Below, in pieces: positions 7,714-18,836 of a DNA stretch of 64,000 nt. The stretch is from Desulfomonilia bacterium (GTDB lineage Bacteria > Desulfobacterota > Desulfomonilia > UBA1062). Numbering within the stretch: position 1 is the first letter of the stretch; every line of letters starts with the position of its first letter. A model generated the notes under the pieces. That model saw only the letters and a program-made list of their open reading frames with translations. It had not been told where the DNA came from and ran no database searches. Location: assembly GCA_050014195.1 (NCBI GenBank), contig JBEKDT010000001.1, forward strand, positions 160,001 through 224,000. Direction: 5' to 3'. The translations under genes and the position numbers were made by a program.

Positions 7714-8381
7714 ATAAGAAACCCGACACGGACGCCTGGCGTTTCATCTTAGGTATCTGCATCATCGCAGCATCCATCTATGTGTTCTACATCGGGACCG
7801 CCCTCAGGAACTCCCCTGAGCTCTTCCTCAAACCCCAAGCCATTAAGGTGAAAGCTTTTCCCTGCACATCCGTCACCTCGGAAGGGCTTACTGCCTGCAT
7901 CCCTTCCGGGATCGAATTCTTAGCCGGGGGAAGCGGGATTGAGCTCTTTTCCAGCAAGGACCGGATAAGGGGATCGATAAAAATCATACAAGTGCTTCCT
8001 CACGAGCGTGGATGGAGGGCATCCCTGAAGAGACCCTTCATGAAGATGTTCATCGGGAATGTCGATACGATCGGCACCTTTGAACTCATGGTCTTGATCC
8101 TCCAGCACCGATACAACCCAACGCTCATGGGGGCAAAGGCCGCACTTATCCCGCCCTGGATGAAAAACACGAAAGGCGCACATATCCTTATCTTGAAGGA
8201 AGAACGGGGCCTTATATTCTATACCCCGGGGCAGTCGTTGGGGCTCTCGTTCAAAAAGGGCTCAACCATATTGATGTCCATGAACGGACGGATCCCGCCT
8301 TCGATCACGGCCGGGATCATGTCCTCGATAAGCCTTATTACAACGGCAAGACCAAAAACGGGATCGAAGGGCTCTTCATGA
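7704..8381 (+). CDS. Hypothetical membrane-anchored protein
   Basis: 225 aa ORF with N-terminal TM helix; no motif recognised. Confidence 0.55.
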   Translation: MVLDKKPDTDAWRFILGICIIAASIYVFYIGTALRNSPELFLKPQAIKVKAFPCTSVTSEGLTACIPSGIEFLAGGSGIELFSSKDRIRGSIKIIQVLPHERGWRASLKRPFMKMFIGNVDTIGTFELMVLILQHRYNPTLMGAKAALIPPWMKNTKGAHILILKEERGLIFYTPGQSLGLSFKKGSTILMSMNGRIPPSITAGIMSSISLITTARPKTGSKGSS

Positions 8382-8799
8382 ACTTCTCCGCATAGTCGCT
8401 CCTGAATCCGGCCAAGGCCCCTTTGATGACCTCGTGGCCGACTATGAGCAATTCGATGCCCTTGTCCTTGATCACCTTGTTGATCACTTCAATGGGAATC
8501 CCCCTCATGATCAGCCTGTGTTTCGCATCTATCGCATCGTCCCCCACCTGGCTGCAGATCGAATACATCTTGTCTCTGGCTGCCTTTATCACTTCTTCTT
8601 CGAGCTTGTCCGTATTGATGTGGGGGACGTAGAAGCCTGCAGCACTCTTGATGTCGGTTACGGTGTGGAGAACAAAGAGCTCCGCATCAACAAGACAGGA
8701 GAGCTGGTATGCATAGTCGACAAGATAAGGGCTGTACTTTGCAAAATCGATATAGCAGAGTATCTTCTGGGGCTTTTTCACTTTGGTCTTCTTCATCAT
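8338..8799 (-). CDS. Universal stress protein (UspA family)
   Basis: KILCYIDF, LFVLHTV, GIP..I, LLIVG, P.LVLP. Confidence 0.85.
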   Translation of the reverse strand: MMKKTKVKKPQKILCYIDFAKYSPYLVDYAYQLSCLVDAELFVLHTVTDIKSAAGFYVPHINTDKLEEEVIKAARDKMYSICSQVGDDAIDAKHRLIMRGIPIEVINKVIKDKGIELLIVGHEVIKGALAGFRSDYAEKFMKSPSIPFLVLPL

Positions 8800-9192
8800 C
8801 TACCTCCTCGGTGCCGTTGTTGTGACCTCTTCTGAAACCGATTCTATCACATTCTTAAGCTCTTTGAGCTTAAAAGGTTTCGCTATGAAGGCGTTGGCAC
8901 CCCGTTCAAAGGCCAACTTCTGGGCTTCACTCACGGAAAACCCCGTTATCAGGACGATAGGCACCTTGGGGTACTTCATCTTGATCTCACCCATCAGGGT
9001 AAACCCATCCATGCGGGGCATATGGATATCACTCACCACGACCTGAATCGGTTGCTTGCCCATACAGTCCAACGCATCCAAGCCGTCGTGCGCTATATGG
9101 ACCTGATACCCATGCATGCTCAAGAAATCAGCAATCACATTGGTCAGATCCTGCGAATCGTCAACAATTAAAATTCTTTTTGAACTAATCAT
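8800..9192 (-). CDS. Single-domain response regulator
   Basis: ILIVDD, SDIHMPRMDG, ITG, AKPF. Confidence 0.9.
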   Translation of the reverse strand: MISSKRILIVDDSQDLTNVIADFLSMHGYQVHIAHDGLDALDCMGKQPIQVVVSDIHMPRMDGFTLMGEIKMKYPKVPIVLITGFSVSEAQKLAFERGANAFIAKPFKLKELKNVIESVSEEVTTTAPRR

Positions 9193-9853
9193 TGGCCTCC
9201 TCATTCGGCAAATCAATAATCTCATAATCCCTTAAAGCCGGGTATCTCTTGGTATCGGCGTTTGTGAGGCCTGCCAGCTTCTCCATTACCTTCTTGATGG
9301 CGAAGATTTGATTCTCCATTACATGCAGTATCTCTTGTATCTTTGCATTGCTTTCCAGCTCCGGGTTGAGCTCAAGCATCTCCAGGTTGCCCAGGATGAT
9401 GTTGAGCGGGGTATTGATCCTGTCTGAGAGAGTCACTGCGGTCTTGGCAATGGCGCTCAGCTCATTGAGCTTCTTCTGCTCCATGCCATAAACCTGCATC
9501 TCGAGGGCTCTGTGCACCCTTAGGATGAGCTCATTCTCATCGCAGGGTTTGAGGAGATAGTCGTATACTCCCAGCCTGAGCGCCGATACCGCGGTCTTCA
9601 GGGAACCGTACCCAGTAATAACAATAACCAGGGTCTTAGGCGAGATAACCTTGATGTTCTCCAGCAGCTCAAGCCCACCCATGCCTTCCAGGACAATGTC
9701 CGTAAGCACCAGATGGAAACTCTTGTCATAGAGCAGCTTGAGCGCCTCCTCGGCTGATCCGACATCTTCCACCTCAAACCCGTTGGACGAAAGGATGTTT
9801 TTTAATGAATAGCGGACGATCTCTTCATCGTCCACAACGAGTATCCTCTTCAT
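9185..9853 (-). CDS. Receiver plus HisKA-like domain lacking the phospho-His
   Basis: REC motifs; LSDRINTPLNIILG resembles an H-box; no HATPase domain. Confidence 0.82.
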   Translation of the reverse strand: MKRILVVDDEEIVRYSLKNILSSNGFEVEDVGSAEEALKLLYDKSFHLVLTDIVLEGMGGLELLENIKVISPKTLVIVITGYGSLKTAVSALRLGVYDYLLKPCDENELILRVHRALEMQVYGMEQKKLNELSAIAKTAVTLSDRINTPLNIILGNLEMLELNPELESNAKIQEILHVMENQIFAIKKVMEKLAGLTNADTKRYPALRDYEIIDLPNEEAND

Positions 9854-9855
9854 TG

Positions 9856-11982
9856 TTATTCCTTGACCACTCTGAACTGCAAGTGCTTATGGACGGATTC
9901 CCTTAATTCTTTGATCCTGAAAGGCTTCCTCAGATATGTCACACCCGTGGTCTCCAGGAATTCCTTTACCTGGAAGTCATAGGTATCACCCGTAATAAAC
10001 ATGAACCGCTTTTTCAGACCCGGGTCCTTCTTGATGGCTTCCTGATAGAACTCCATACCGTTCATTACCGGCATCCTCAAGTCGGAGATGATGAGTTCCC
10101 AGGCATACTCATCGAGGTGGTCACAAGCCTTTCTGCCGTCCTCAAAGGTAATCACCGTGTAATACGGGCTCAAGGTGTCAACCATGAGGTCAAGGAGGTC
10201 CTTCTCATCTTCCACTACCATAATCAAGCTCTGTCTCTTCTGGTCTTCGTAGGATGGGCAGGCCGATTCATCATCTAAGGCAGCATCTTTTCCCCTGGTA
10301 TCCACATCCATAATGGCCGGGAGCTTCATGATCGCCATGGCGCCATTCTTCGTGTTTTCTATAAATACCTCGCCCTTGTGATCGGCGATAATACCATAGC
10401 AGATGGATAGCCCCAGCCCGGTCCCCTTATCCTTGGGTTTGGTGGTGAAGAAGGGATCGAAGATCTTCGTCATAACACTTTGGGGTATACCGGGACCCGT
10501 GTCTTCTATAGTAACATTCACATAGTCGTTACTCATGAACGACCTGACCCAGATGGTGCCCATCCGTTCGTCTATGGCATCGATGGAATTGTTGATGAAA
10601 TTCACGAGCACCTGCTCCATGCAGTTCATATCAGCCCTTATATAGAGGGGATCTTCAGTGTCTTCGTTGATGATGGTAATACCGCGCTTCTTGATGATGG
10701 GGCTATAGAGGGTTATGGTTCTCCTGATAACCTCACGCATGTCGAAAATATTTTTCTCGGGTGGTTTATTCCGGGCAAACTTGAGCAGGGATTCCACAAT
10801 CCCCTTGGCGGCGGCGGCGGAGTTGATGATGACATTAAGCCTCTTCTGATCCTGAGGGGTCAGGTAGTCCTGGTCGATGAGGTCGGCAAACCCTAAAATA
10901 GGGGTAAGCTTGTTATTGAGCTCGTGAGCTATCCCGGACGTAAGCAACCCCAAGGAGGTGAGCTTCTCTGTCTGCATGGTCTTCTGCTCAATGCGTCTCT
11001 TGACCGTGATATCCCTCATGATCACAAGCACCTGGTCAAGATCGATATGCTTGATAAAGAACTGGCCGATTATATCGGCCTTCTCTCCCACCTTCACATT
11101 AATATCAAACTCAGAGGAATGGCCGGTATCTCCCTGGGAGATCTTCTCGAGGATCAAGGAAGCGCATGCTTCATCGAAGATGTCTGTAACAACCAAGGGT
11201 TGTCTGGTAATGAGATTCTGCAGGGCACTATTGAGAAACAAGACCTTGCCCGAGGTATCAAGAATGAAGATCATCTCCTCGGATACATCGACCACAGCCT
11301 TGTACCTCTCCGTCACACTCCGTATAGATTCATCCTTCTGCTTCACGAGTTCGGTAAGGTCGGAATTCTTCCGCTGGAAGACCTCATAGAGGTGCACCAG
11401 GGTCAGCATCTGGCCGATAAGCATACCCAGCAACTCAAAAACCCTAACATAGTGGACATTGAAGAAGCCCTTGAGAGAATGGGACAGGTTCATGACCCCC
11501 AGGGTCCTGTTGCCCTCCTTGATGGGCACGCATAACATGGAACCGATTCGGACTTTGGCGGAATCAATCTTCTTGAAAAACTCGCAATCTTCGACATCAC
11601 TGACCAGAATGGTCTTTCCATTCCTGGCACAGGTCCCTGCAACACCATCTCCAAGCTCCATACTCACATGGGGATTGGCATTGTCGATAGCCATGCCGGA
11701 AGCCGCCTTGAGTACGATCCTCTCACCCTCCACCATGAAGATGGAGGCGTTCTCACACCGGGATTCTTCGATGAGCACGCTTGTCACATAGGAAAAGAAA
11801 TCATGCTCAGGGGAACCTTTCGTGACGAATTCGGTGATCTCGAAGATGGAGGAAAGTATGCCTACCGTGTATTCATAGAAGTCAGAGGCCTTGCTGAGAA
11901 GATCAAGCAGGATTCTTTCACGAGTTGAGGTAAGCTCTGTGGATTCGCCCCGTAGAGAATACAGATCCTTCACGGTAAACAC
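9856..11982 (-). CDS. Hybrid histidine kinase (GAF-PAS-HisKA-HATPase-REC)
   Basis: IAHELNNKL, DTGPGI, FDPFFTTK, GTGLGL, C-terminal SDLRMP. Confidence 0.93.
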   Translation of the reverse strand: MFTVKDLYSLRGESTELTSTRERILLDLLSKASDFYEYTVGILSSIFEITEFVTKGSPEHDFFSYVTSVLIEESRCENASIFMVEGERIVLKAASGMAIDNANPHVSMELGDGVAGTCARNGKTILVSDVEDCEFFKKIDSAKVRIGSMLCVPIKEGNRTLGVMNLSHSLKGFFNVHYVRVFELLGMLIGQMLTLVHLYEVFQRKNSDLTELVKQKDESIRSVTERYKAVVDVSEEMIFILDTSGKVLFLNSALQNLITRQPLVVTDIFDEACASLILEKISQGDTGHSSEFDINVKVGEKADIIGQFFIKHIDLDQVLVIMRDITVKRRIEQKTMQTEKLTSLGLLTSGIAHELNNKLTPILGFADLIDQDYLTPQDQKRLNVIINSAAAAKGIVESLLKFARNKPPEKNIFDMREVIRRTITLYSPIIKKRGITIINEDTEDPLYIRADMNCMEQVLVNFINNSIDAIDERMGTIWVRSFMSNDYVNVTIEDTGPGIPQSVMTKIFDPFFTTKPKDKGTGLGLSICYGIIADHKGEVFIENTKNGAMAIMKLPAIMDVDTRGKDAALDDESACPSYEDQKRQSLIMVVEDEKDLLDLMVDTLSPYYTVITFEDGRKACDHLDEYAWELIISDLRMPVMNGMEFYQEAIKKDPGLKKRFMFITGDTYDFQVKEFLETTGVTYLRKPFRIKELRESVHKHLQFRVVKE

Positions 11983-11990
11983 AATGCCCC

Positions 11991-12800
11991 TTACCCCAAA
12001 TTTTCAAATATGGCTGTGTTCGTTCTATACCTTTGTCTCACAGTATTTACAAGATCTTTATACTCATCACCCAACAGGCTCCTGATGAGGGCCTCTTGCT
12101 CTATATCTTCAGACATCAAGCCCCTTTCATGCTGTATAGCGACCTGGTCAGTCAGATAAACGATTGCGGATGTGCGGTTTACCGGCTCATGATGATTCCT
12201 GATGACGCTGATGACTTCCGGAGGGAAATGCCACCGCTGTGCAACAATCTCGCCGATTATCGTGTGGTCCATTGAAAAAACATCCTTCTCTAATGTCAGG
12301 TCAGGCCAGCATCCGCTGAATTCACATAAGGGTAAGTACTGGTCGGGGGCCTTGCAGACGAGGACCATCCTGCCGATATCATGGAGAAGACCCCCCGTAA
12401 AGAGACATTCTTTCTCCGTTTTACTTCTCCCAAGGAGTCCTGAGATAAAGGCTACTGCATACGAATGTCTCCAGAGCTGCTTCATGGAAGGTGTCTCATT
12501 GCCGAAGGTTTCCATTACGGCCATGGACAACGCAATGCATTTGACCATGTCAATGCCGATCGTACGCAACGCCTGCTGGATACCTACATGCTTCTCGGCA
12601 TGCCGGTAGAACGAAGAATTTGCAAGCTTGATCACCTTGGCCGCCATGGCAGGATCACTGGATACAACCTGCTCGATACTCTCAAGGGAGGAGTCCTCCT
12701 CCTGGAGTACCTGAAACAGTTTCATCCGGCTGGATTCCAGCGTCGGGATGCTCTCAATGTGCTGCTCAATCTTTTCCATGAGATAAGACTGTTCCATCAA
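11991..12800 (-). CDS. HDOD-domain protein
   Basis: SDPAMAAKVIKLANS, LWRHS, GLLHDIG, RWHFP. Confidence 0.9.
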   Translation of the reverse strand: MMEQSYLMEKIEQHIESIPTLESSRMKLFQVLQEEDSSLESIEQVVSSDPAMAAKVIKLANSSFYRHAEKHVGIQQALRTIGIDMVKCIALSMAVMETFGNETPSMKQLWRHSYAVAFISGLLGRSKTEKECLFTGGLLHDIGRMVLVCKAPDQYLPLCEFSGCWPDLTLEKDVFSMDHTIIGEIVAQRWHFPPEVISVIRNHHEPVNRTSAIVYLTDQVAIQHERGLMSEDIEQEALIRSLLGDEYKDLVNTVRQRYRTNTAIFENLG

Positions 12801-13022
12801 ACCATTTAACGGCCTTTTATTGAAATATCTTTAAGGCTTAATGCCGCCATGCACACAGGAGTTGCGTAACTTAAGCACGGCCGGGGTAACATCATCATGG
12901 GATCCTCTGATGAAATGAAAAATAAATCTCATGAAATGTCTACGATTATCCGTTAGTATGGTGAGAGTTGTAAGTTGTTTGTGCTCCATTATTATGTGAG
13001 GATAAGGAGAACTGCAAAGAGA

Positions 13023-13940
13023 ATGGGTGCCGCGCTGGTATTGAAGAAGACACGGGTCCTGACAGTAGATGATGAACAGGAGACCCTCGATCTTATTGAA
13101 GAATACCTGATAGGGCGCGATTTCGACGTGACCACCACCATGAGCGGGGAACAGGCGGTGGAAATCGTCCAGAAAGACCTCTTCCACATCGCCATTGTGG
13201 ATCTTCACCTGCCGGGCATGACCGGCGCGGAATTGCTGAAATCCATAAAAAGTATTCGCCCTGATGTCCAGGTCGTCATGATCACCGGATACGGCACCAT
13301 TCGTGATGCGGTGGAATGCATGAAACTCGGCGCCTCGGATTTCATTACCAAGCCTATCCTGCTCGACCACCTCCACCTCACCATCCGAAGGATTCTCGAA
13401 GAGGTAAGGCTCAAGGAGGAGGCCGAGCTGGCCGACTACTACCGCAATCTTTCCCGTACCGATGAGCTCACGGGCCTGTATAACTTCCGCCATCTCATGA
13501 GCATTCTCAAAAATGAGGTTTCGAGACATCTGAGATACAACAGGACGCTCTCATTGGCCATGATCGATATCGATGACTTTAAAAAATACAACGATGCCAA
13601 AGGACATGAGGAGGGGAACGAACTGCTCGTACGCCTGGCTCACGTGTTCAAGCACAACACAAGGAACTGCGACATCCTTGCCCGCTATGGCGGAGAGGAG
13701 TTCATCATTATATTCCCCGAGACATCGATTGAAGAGGCCCTCGTGGTGTCTCAGCGTATCTGCAGTACCGTTGAATCGACACTGGGTGTCAGTGTCACCA
13801 TGGGCATTTCAAGCCTGCCGAAGGATTCCAGCGAGCCGCATGAAATAATCAGGATAGCGGATGCGGCCATGTACTGGGGCAAGATACACGGAAAGAATCA
13901 GATTGCCATCTACGACAGCTCGATGTCCACGTGCAGATAG
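13023..13940 (+). CDS. Receiver-GGDEF diguanylate cyclase (start uncertain)
   Basis: REC; [23 protein letters not shown]-site, RYGGEEF. Confidence 0.92.
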   Translation: MGAALVLKKTRVLTVDDEQETLDLIEEYLIGRDFDVTTTMSGEQAVEIVQKDLFHIAIVDLHLPGMTGAELLKSIKSIRPDVQVVMITGYGTIRDAVECMKLGASDFITKPILLDHLHLTIRRILEEVRLKEEAELADYYRNLSRTDELTGLYNFRHLMSILKNEVSRHLRYNRTLSLAMIDIDDFKKYNDAKGHEEGNELLVRLAHVFKHNTRNCDILARYGGEEFIIIFPETSIEEALVVSQRICSTVESTLGVSVTMGISSLPKDSSEPHEIIRIADAAMYWGKIHGKNQIAIYDSSMSTCR

Positions 13941-14566
13941 AGATCCCCGGCCTTTTTCGTAAAATTCGGCCTTCCCATTCCCTGCACCCTAAGAACCATA
14001 TCCTGCTGCGTGTTCTTCGGCACCTTAATGCGGATCTGCCGTTTGACGAAGCCCGGCCTGTACTCTATGGTAATATATCCTCCGAGGGCGGCAATGCTTG
14101 ACGGTATGGCGACCCTCTCATGCATGTCCATGACCGCATGGAACATCCTGTTCATCCCTTGCGAGGTCAGGCGAATCATGGACCGTCTGAGGATTGCACC
14201 GGGTGTGCCTCCCACGACAAAGGCCTCATAGGCAAACACCTTGCTTACGTTCAATATGCGGTCGATCCATTCTTTGCGTATGGGAAGGTCATCGAAGACG
14301 TCCCGGAACTCCGATTTGGAGAAGATATCATCGAACACCTTAGACCTGCTGAAGGTATATGTTTGCTGCCGATCGAACTTCCGCCTCTTTTCCGGATCGA
14401 TAAGGACCCCATAGGCCTCGGTGATCTCCTTGAAAAACTCGGTTGTCTCTTCGTCCTGGTTACGGTCGGGGTGGTATTGAAGTGCAAGCCTTCGATAGCT
14501 CTTCTTGATCTCTAAAGGCGTTGCATCCTTCGATATACCCAAAATCCGATAATAATCCTTTGACAT
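13910..14566 (-). CDS. J-domain protein with DnaJ C-terminal part
   Basis: [22 protein letters not shown]. Confidence 0.88.
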   Translation of the reverse strand: MSKDYYRILGISKDATPLEIKKSYRRLALQYHPDRNQDEETTEFFKEITEAYGVLIDPEKRRKFDRQQTYTFSRSKVFDDIFSKSEFRDVFDDLPIRKEWIDRILNVSKVFAYEAFVVGGTPGAILRRSMIRLTSQGMNRMFHAVMDMHERVAIPSSIAALGGYITIEYRPGFVKRQIRIKVPKNTQQDMVLRVQGMGRPNFTKKAGDLYLHVDIELS

Positions 14567-14595
14567 GCCGGAACCTCATCAGGAGATCGATTAGC

Positions 14596-15246
14596 CTACC
14601 TGAAGGACTGGATGAATGTTTCCCCGGGCAGCTCTATGGCAGTGAGGACCCCTCCATAAACCGCACCGGTATCGATCCCTATCTTATCCGGCTTCACCAT
14701 GGGCCTGGCAAAGGGGGTATGCCCGAAAATCACCTTCTTTTTGATCCCCACGGGGGAAAAGATGAACTCATCCCTGATCCAGATCAAGTCATACCTGTCT
14801 TGTTTTTCTATTACGATCCGGGGCTTGATGCCTGCATGGACATAGAGGTAGTCGTCGTCTTCATGATACCACTTGAGGTTTGCTAGAAATACCCGGTGTG
14901 CATCCGGCAACTGCCGGGCTACCTGGTCGTTTGAGGCAAAACGTTCGTTTTTGACGTAGGATTCAACGGTCTTCATGCCGCCGTTGGCAAAAAAGACCGT
15001 TCTGTTCGTGCCGAACTCTAAAAAGGTAATAAACATATCTTCGTGGTTACCCCGCAAGAAAACACAAGGGACCCGGCCGGCAAGATCGATAAGAAAATCG
15101 ATTACACCGGCGACGGAATCACCCCTGTCGATGTAATCACCCAGAAAAATGAGGCAATCCTCCCGGCCGGGGTCTATGAGCGAGATGAGATCTTCGAGCT
15201 TGTCAAGGCATCCGTGAATGTCGCCGATGGCAAAGGTCCTGTTCAT
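14596..15246 (-). CDS. PPP-family Ser/Thr phosphatase/metallophosphoesterase
   Basis: GDIHG, GDYIDRG, RGNHE, FGHTP, IDTGA. Confidence 0.92.
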   Translation of the reverse strand: MNRTFAIGDIHGCLDKLEDLISLIDPGREDCLIFLGDYIDRGDSVAGVIDFLIDLAGRVPCVFLRGNHEDMFITFLEFGTNRTVFFANGGMKTVESYVKNERFASNDQVARQLPDAHRVFLANLKWYHEDDDYLYVHAGIKPRIVIEKQDRYDLIWIRDEFIFSPVGIKKKVIFGHTPFARPMVKPDKIGIDTGAVYGGVLTAIELPGETFIQSFR

Positions 15247-15291
15247 GATGATTATTTCTTTTAAAAAGCCTTGTGCACCGATTGAACTTAC

Positions 15292-16941
15292 TTAAAGGCC
15301 CTTCCTGAGCTTGAGGGTCTCGATTTTCAGCTCAGGTATCTTCTCTTTGGCAACCTTCGACTGAGGGTTGATTTTTAGTGCGGTCTTATATGCATCAAGC
15401 GCTGCATCAAGGTTTGTGAGCCTCTTGGGGATATCCTTACCTGAAGCCCTGTCCTCGTATGCGTACGCAAGCGCTATGGCCGCATCATAATCCTTGTACC
15501 TCTTGAGATACAACGCAGCTGCATCGATGATCTTATCTTGATCCTTCATCCCGACAGCAGCACTCACAAGGCCTTTCAAATACTCCTTCCTGGGGGATTT
15601 CTTTGCAAGGGACGAATAATATCCGTAGGCATCCTTGTACTGACCCAGCTTTAATGATAAGGAGGCTGCAGTCTGAAGTGAATCCATATCACCGGGTTTT
15701 AGCTGGAGTACCTTCGCAAAGGCTTCGAGGGCCCCTTTTATGTCCCCGGCCTTATCCCGTGCAATGCCGAGGTTATACCAGATCACGCTGTCATTAGGCG
15801 ACAGTTCCGCGGCCTTCTGGTAATACATCACCTGAGACTTGGTCTCTCCAAGCTTGCCCATCACCATGGCAAGCTGTGCCAGCGCGTTCTTGTCCTGGGG
15901 GTAGCGCTGAACATAACGCTTCAGAAGTTCTCCGGCTTTTTTAAAATCATTCTTCTTGAGTGCATCTTCGATCAGCGGGATGAGGATATCCCGATCCTTG
16001 GCGGTATCTGAAGCGGCCTGATACACATCAAGGGCCTGCCGATCCATGCCTGCCTGCTCATAGGTCTTGGCCAGATCGACGACCACGGACTCATTGCGCT
16101 CATCGAGCTCAAGGGCCTTTTTGAGGTACACAACCCGGTTTTGGAAATCGCCTTTTTCACCGGCTATGTAGGCCATGCGGCGGTAAATGGTTGCATCCGC
16201 CTTGCCCGCATCCACTATTTTTTGGCACATGGCAAGGGCATTATCGAAATCTTTCAGTTTGATGTAATACAATGAGAGGTTTGAGTATGCCGTTACATTC
16301 GCCGGATCGGCCTCCACAACCCCCTTAAAGATCCCCACCAAGGCCTGGTAGTCATCCTTCGCACTTAAGAGCTTATCAAGCATATCCAGAAAGTAGGCGT
16401 TCTTCGGAAAGGTTGCGTGGGCCGACCTTAAGATGGAAATCTTCTCCTCATCGCTCTTGGCCGCCTTGAGCTGATCCATGAAATCCTGCTCGGCCAGCTC
16501 CAGCTCCAGCGGGACTTTGGCGATCTTGCGGTCGAGATAGTAAATATCGATAGGGACTGACTTGATACCGGCAGCAATGAGCTGGTCACGGATCTCGGCC
16601 GTATCAATGGGCTCATTCAAGTCGTTTTGCTTTCCAAAGCCCACCACATCTGCCGTGAGGTATGAATCAAAGAACGTATTCGCATGGATCTTAGTAATGA
16701 TGATGGTCTCTCCGCCTTTGATCTTGAGTGACTCGCCCGCCTTCACCACATGGGGAACACCCTCCACATCGATCTCCATGGAGATGAACTGGGGGGGCTT
16801 TCTGAAGATGAATGAAATACAGGCCTCCCTGAGCTGCCCGACCTTACCCCCAAGGGGGACGATCAGGAACAGGGCCGTAGCAATGGCGATCACCACAATG
16901 ACCGCAATAACAGTATTCCCCTTGCTCTCTCTCCGTGCCAT
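15292..16941 (-). CDS. Membrane-anchored TPR protein
   Basis: N-terminal TM; repeated A..Y.KALEL.P units. Confidence 0.85.
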   Translation of the reverse strand: MARRESKGNTVIAVIVVIAIATALFLIVPLGGKVGQLREACISFIFRKPPQFISMEIDVEGVPHVVKAGESLKIKGGETIIITKIHANTFFDSYLTADVVGFGKQNDLNEPIDTAEIRDQLIAAGIKSVPIDIYYLDRKIAKVPLELELAEQDFMDQLKAAKSDEEKISILRSAHATFPKNAYFLDMLDKLLSAKDDYQALVGIFKGVVEADPANVTAYSNLSLYYIKLKDFDNALAMCQKIVDAGKADATIYRRMAYIAGEKGDFQNRVVYLKKALELDERNESVVVDLAKTYEQAGMDRQALDVYQAASDTAKDRDILIPLIEDALKKNDFKKAGELLKRYVQRYPQDKNALAQLAMVMGKLGETKSQVMYYQKAAELSPNDSVIWYNLGIARDKAGDIKGALEAFAKVLQLKPGDMDSLQTAASLSLKLGQYKDAYGYYSSLAKKSPRKEYLKGLVSAAVGMKDQDKIIDAAALYLKRYKDYDAAIALAYAYEDRASGKDIPKRLTNLDAALDAYKTALKINPQSKVAKEKIPELKIETLKLRKGL

Positions 16942-17031
16942 CTTGATAGGTTTTTTGATTATTATCAATATCTCTTAAGGTTGTCTATTGCCATCTTCCA
17001 GGGTCCAATGAAGCATTTTTCTCATATCCTG

Positions 17032-17080
17032 GTCATTAGTCACCAGTCACTAATCAAGACATTCTGTTCATTGATCACTG
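17032..17080 (-). repeat. Heptamer repeats at the ridA stop
   Basis: GTCATTA GTCACCA GTCACTA ... TTCATTG ATCACTG. Confidence 0.55.
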
Positions 17081-17470
17081 TTTACAAGCAATACACCCGA
17101 TCTCCACGAGCACATCTCTTGGCAGTCGGGAGGCTTCCACCGTGACGCGGGCCGGTTTTATCTCACCGGGGAAGAATGCGGCATATACCTCATTCATGGC
17201 GGCAAAGTCATTGAGGTCCTTGACGAAGACCTCCGTCTTCACGACGCTGTTCAGAGATAGCCCTGCCTCATTCAGGATCGCCTCGATGTTCTTGAGCGTC
17301 TGGGTAGTCTGCTCTCTGATTCCTCCCGGCACTATGGTGCCCGATGACGGGTTTAGCGGGATCTGCCCGGAGACGAAAACAAAGCCCCCTGCAACAACTG
17401 CCTGGGAATAGGGTCCTATTGCCCTAGGGGCCGCTCGGGTTGCAATGGCAGTAATCCTGATTTCAGACAT
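17075..17470 (-). CDS. ridA: RidA-family enamine/imine deaminase
   Basis: [27 protein letters not shown]. Confidence 0.92.
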   Translation of the reverse strand: MSEIRITAIATRAAPRAIGPYSQAVVAGGFVFVSGQIPLNPSSGTIVPGGIREQTTQTLKNIEAILNEAGLSLNSVVKTEVFVKDLNDFAAMNEVYAAFFPGEIKPARVTVEASRLPRDVLVEIGCIACKQ

Positions 17471-17699
17471 ATTACTTTTTAGCCTCCTTTCATCTGCAAT
17501 TTTGATCTGATCAAGGCTGTATCATACCTTAAGACCGTGATCCATGGATTTTCTTATACCTTCATGAGCGGTACATGAGGTTTTTTACTGAGGATAAGGC
17601 GCATTTTTATGACTTCCTCGGCCCTGGAACTTCTGCTAAGCTAATAACGCACCTCTTTTTTTAGGGAAAGACCGGTTGTTGAAAAAAGGAGCAGCCCAG

Positions 17700-18836
17700 A
17701 TGAAATCCGCTTTCATATACACATCTGCATTCGATACCTACAGCCTTGGGTCAGATCATCCCTTTAAGCCCTACAAGGCCACTATGGTCTATGAGCTGTG
17801 CTATCGCTACGGCCTCTTCGACCATCCATGGATCAAGATATACCAGCCCCACCCTGCAACCGAAGACGTCATGGCCGAGTACCACTCCCGAGAATATATT
17901 GATGCACTCAAGGGATGCAATGGCGGCAATTTTGACTTCACCATGCTCCATTACGGGCTGGGCACCGGTGACAACCCCGTGTTCAAGGGTGTCTTCGATT
18001 TCTCCCTGCTCGTGCTGGGGGCATCGGTCGTCTCTGCAGAACTCATCGCATCAGGCGAAGCGGACACGACCTTCAGTCCGGTGGGGGGGCTCCACCACGG
18101 GGGGTATGGGCATGCCGAGGGGTTCTGCTATGTGAACGATATCGTGATAGCCATTCACAGACTCTTAAAAACGGGATTCAAGAGAATCCTCTACATAGAC
18201 ATTGACGCACATCACGGCAATGGGGTCCAGGATGCCTTTTATGACTCTGAGAAAGTCCTGTTTATCTCACTACATCAGAACGGCGAGTCGCTGTATCCGG
18301 GCACCGGTTTTGAGAACGAGATCGGTGAGGGGAAGGGACGTGGATACACGGTAAACCTGCCGCTTCCGGAATACACCGATGATGAGGCATATGTGAGGGC
18401 ATTCAAGGCGATCTACCCGGATCTTGTTAAGGCTTATGAGCCCGAGTGTGTGGTGGCCCAGATAGGGCTTGATACCCTTAAGAAGGACCCGCTCACCAAC
18501 TTGAGGCTCACCAACAACGGATATTGCGCGGTCATTGAGGAGATCCGCAAGAGCTGCCCCAGGGTGCTTGCCTTGGGCGGCGGGGGCTACAGTGTGCCGG
18601 ATGTAGTAAGGGGTTGGACGCTTGCTTGGGCCATACTGAACGGAATTGAACCCGTTGATCAGTTTATCGGCAGCGTGGGCAGCGGTGTATACGGTCACGG
18701 GCAGGGAATCGATGAGCTCAGGGATCTGCCTCACCGGATATCCGATGCCCTAAAAAAGTCAGTGGACAGCTATGTGGACAATAAGATAGCCTATATCAAG
18801 ACTACGGTGTTTCCCCTCCTCGGTATCAGCTGCTGA
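17700..18836 (+). CDS. acuC: AcuC/histone-deacetylase-family protein
   Basis: HPFKP, GGLHHG, GFCYVND, DIDAHHGNG, GGGGY. Confidence 0.88.
   Translation: MKSAFIYTSAFDTYSLGSDHPFKPYKATMVYELCYRYGLFDHPWIKIYQPHPATEDVMAEYHSREYIDALKGCNGGNFDFTMLHYGLGTGDNPVFKGVFDFSLLVLGASVVSAELIASGEADTTFSPVGGLHHGGYGHAEGFCYVNDIVIAIHRLLKTGFKRILYIDIDAHHGNGVQDAFYDSEKVLFISLHQNGESLYPGTGFENEIGEGKGRGYTVNLPLPEYTDDEAYVRAFKAIYPDLVKAYEPECVVAQIGLDTLKKDPLTNLRLTNNGYCAVIEEIRKSCPRVLALGGGGYSVPDVVRGWTLAWAILNGIEPVDQFIGSVGSGVYGHGQGIDELRDLPHRISDALKKSVDSYVDNKIAYIKTTVFPLLGISC

Noticed and set aside
12831-13529. 232 aa minus-strand ORF
   Set aside because: Antisense shadow of the REC-GGDEF gene; no motifs
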